From Azolla caroliniana (taxonomy: Eukaryota > Plantae > Polypodiophyta): DNA of 64,000 nt. This document shows positions 61,080 to 64,000 of this stretch, one piece after another. The position numbers and the translations under genes were made by a program. The notes under the pieces are model-generated. The model made no database searches, was not told where the DNA came from, and was given only the letters and a program-made list of their open reading frames with translations. Every line of letters starts with the position of its first letter. The stretch's first letter is position 1. Location: contig JBHGNT010000021.1 of NCBI GenBank assembly GCA_043228905.1, forward strand, positions 5,518,001 to 5,582,000, in the 5' to 3' direction.

Positions 61080-64000
61080 CAAAGGAAGCGTGGGAGAATC
61101 TACGAAAGATTTTCGCCGCCAACACAATCGCGAGAAAGCTTCAACTCCACCAAGAGTTGAACAACATCCAACAAAAGGATATGTCCATCACGAGCTACAC
61201 CTTGAAGATCAAGGAGCTTTGCGGCTCGCTCGGCTCGATAAGCGTGAATGTGAATGACGATGAGATGGTGCAAATATGCCTCGGCGGCCTTGCACCACGG
61301 TTCGGCGCGATGAGGACCATCGTACTAGCATGGGAGAATCCTCCCTCTTTCTTCGATCTTCAATCCATGTTGTTGGTCAAAGAGAATCATGTTTAAACAA
61401 GGAGCAATGCCTTGGAAGGCCACATGCTCTACACGCATCGGATGGAGGAAGAGGACGCGACCGTGCAAGAAGAGGCCGATTCGGCCAAGGATGAGGCGGA
61501 CGAGGCCCGAGTTAGGAAAACAACTCTCAATTACGACAACAAGATGGAGGCCATCGAGGAACCTTCGGAAGAAGGGGGAGCCACCATTCCAATCCGAGCC
61601 AACAAAACTCGGTCGAATGCGGATATTGTGGAAAAATCGGTCACCACGAAGAAGAGTGTCGTAAGAAGATGCGCGAGTCGGCTTCCACTAGCCAACAACT
61701 CACCAATTACGCCACCAACTCCGACTATGACGATTGTGGAGGAATGTTCATGATGAGACATAGAGCAAATTCTATGTCAGCTTCTACTTCAACTAGTGCC
61801 TTCGGTCCGAAAGACGTATGGCTCATCGACTATGGTGCCTCAAACCATATGACGTCTCATCAAGAATGGTTCCGAGAAATTCGAGAGCCGGAACGACTCG
61901 ACTATGTCGAAACCGGAGACGACACTACACATCCGATTCGACATATTTGCAATATCCCATTCGGCAAAGAAGGTAACCAAACTTTTATTAAAAATGTCTT
62001 GCATGTATCAACCATTACGAAGAATTGGGTCTCCGTCGGCCAAATTGTTGAGCAAGGGATGCAAGTATGATTTAATCAAGGTGGTTGCTTCATCGAAAAA
62101 GAAGGCCGACTCATCGCTCACAGACAAAGAAAGGGCCGAATGTTCATTCTCGACTTGCACGAGATGAAATCGGCCATGTTCGCAAAGGGCACGAAAGCCG
62201 ATTCCGACATAGAGTTATGGCACAAGCAGATTGGCCATAACAACCTCCAAAAGCTCAAGGCAATGCAATCAAAAGGAATCGTCATCGGGCTCCCGACATT
62301 AAAGGAGAAAGAGATTGAAGGTGTGTGTGCCGCTTGCCAATTCGGCAAGCAACATCGGCACCCATTTTTTAAGGAGAGGAACGTGAGCAAAGGCGTACTC
62401 GACGTAATTCATTCCAATGTATGGGGTCCGACTCAGACGACTACATTCGGCGGATGCCGATACTACGTGACCTTCATCGATGACTTCTCCAAGCACACTT
62501 GGATCTACCCCATGCGGCAAAAGAGAGAACTATTCGGACACTTCCAAAAATTTAAGAATGAAGTCGAGAAAGCCACGGGCCAACATGTACGATGCCTTCG
62601 ATCAGATGGAGGCAAGGAATATTTCTTGAATGAGTTTATGGCATATCTACGGAAAGAAGGAATTCAGTGAGAGTTTTCATGTCGACATATGCCACAACAA
62701 AACGGAGTGGTCGAATGAAAGAATCGGCACATCCTTGAAGTAGCACGGGCCATGATGAACGAAAAGCACATGCCAAAGTCGTACTGGGTAGAAGCGGTTA
62801 ACACAGTTGTATACCTCATGAATCGGTGTACGACATCGGGTGTGCACAAACTTACTCCGCACAAGGAGTTTTTTGGAAAGAAACCGAACCTATCACATGT
62901 TTAGATATTTGGCTCTATTGCATACGTGCACATCCCCAACAAGAAGCGCCAAAAGCTTGACCCGAAGTCGGAGAAATGTATCCTCGTAGGATACTCATTG
63001 GAGCAAAAGGGGTACAAGTGATATAACCCCTCAACTCGAAAATCTCAAGTAAGTCGAGACGTCATTTTCGACGAGTCCGCATCTTGGTAGCACCAGAGAC
63101 AACTTCGACTTTGATTCCACTCGACCTGGAATCCGCCGAAATAGAGATAGAAGCTGAAGATCGGCTCACACGCATGTTCGAAGAAAGCCCAATTACGACA
63201 AGGCTTAGTGGGCCACAAGTGCCCCGAGTGGTCAAAGCACATCTCGGCTGAGTCTGAAGCTAGACAAAGGGAAGGCGAAAATGCCGAAGTATGAAGACGA
63301 TCACTTCGACGGCAAAGAATCGACTCACTCTCTCGATAGTGAGTTCGAAGGCCTTGACATCCGGACAAATGGAGTGAAGAAACCCTTAGTATCCACAAAC
63401 GAGAAGCTCCGCTGATCCACCTGTGAAAAGAACCCCGTAAGCCGATTCGGCTACAATGATTATATAGTGTACCATTACGCCTTTATGATGAAGGTAGCAA
63501 TAGTACGGGAGCTAGAAACCTTTTCCAAAGCCGTGAAGGACCCGTGATGGGTCGAAGCAATGAACAAGGAGATACAGGCACTTTGCAAGAACAAAACATG
63601 GGATTCCGTTCCCCACTCACCGCACAAGATCTACAAGGTGAAGTATAATGCTGATGGCTCCGTAAACCGCTACAAAGCTCCATGGAGTCGTCTATGAAGA
63701 AACATTTGCCTCGGGGGCAAAGATGACGACTATCCGGACCGTAATTCCACTCGCAGCGGCGAAAGGGTGGCACCTCCATCAGATGGACGTAAAGAACACC
63801 TTTCTTCAAGGAGAATTAGAAGAGGAGGTGTACATGGTACAACCACCCGGCTTCGAATCCAACATTCATCCGAAAGCCGTATGCCAACTCAAGAAGCCAC
63901 TCCATTGCCTCAAGCAAGCACTGTGTGCTTGGCATTCCAAGATTACGCAATATCTTCATCAAATCGGCTTTTGAATGTCAAAATATGACAACTCCCTCTA

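Larger units (their letters stand above)
50299..64000 (+). mobile_element. Decayed Ty1/copia element (runs off the window), gag interrupted by a gypsy insertion
   Basis: 5' LTR, iMet PBS and gag from 50931 (EKLDRNNFASW); gag resumes ETPK|EAWENL after 61084. Protease WLIDYGASNHMT, integrase LDVIHSNVWGP, RT HQMDVKNTFLQGELEEEVYM; many stops and frameshifts. Confidence 0.93.

Overview
Eukaryotic land-plant nuclear DNA (probably a fern or other non-seed plant, inferred from the PLS-PPR gene and the TE lineages), with a 100-N assembly gap at 21157-21256. Host genes: the last exon of a trypsin-fold-like protein with a Pro-Asn tail, a PLS/E-type PPR gene, a six-exon G-protein beta subunit, the first three coding exons of a SAM-domain-family gene and a nine-exon 411-aa glutamate dehydrogenase. 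The rest is nested TEs: RTE-like and L1 LINE fragments, a truncated chromovirus-type Ty3/gypsy element, solo-LTR-like units and a decayed Ty1/copia element. The copia gag is interrupted by a very young 9.9-kb non-chromovirus Ty3/gypsy element (419-bp LTRs with 2 differences seen, CAAAG TSD) that carries a large extra 3' ORF. The most striking observation is in this young element. No polypurine tract abuts its 3' LTR; instead a tRNA-Arg 3'-end mimic sits 2 nt from the LTR, so PBS-like sites flank both LTRs in opposite orientations. This suggests tRNA (or tRNA-mimic) priming of both cDNA strands. Also notable are a hairpin array inside a putative leader intron of the chromovirus and LTR-like units with long terminal inverted repeats. 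All calls are by eye; no database searches were run.
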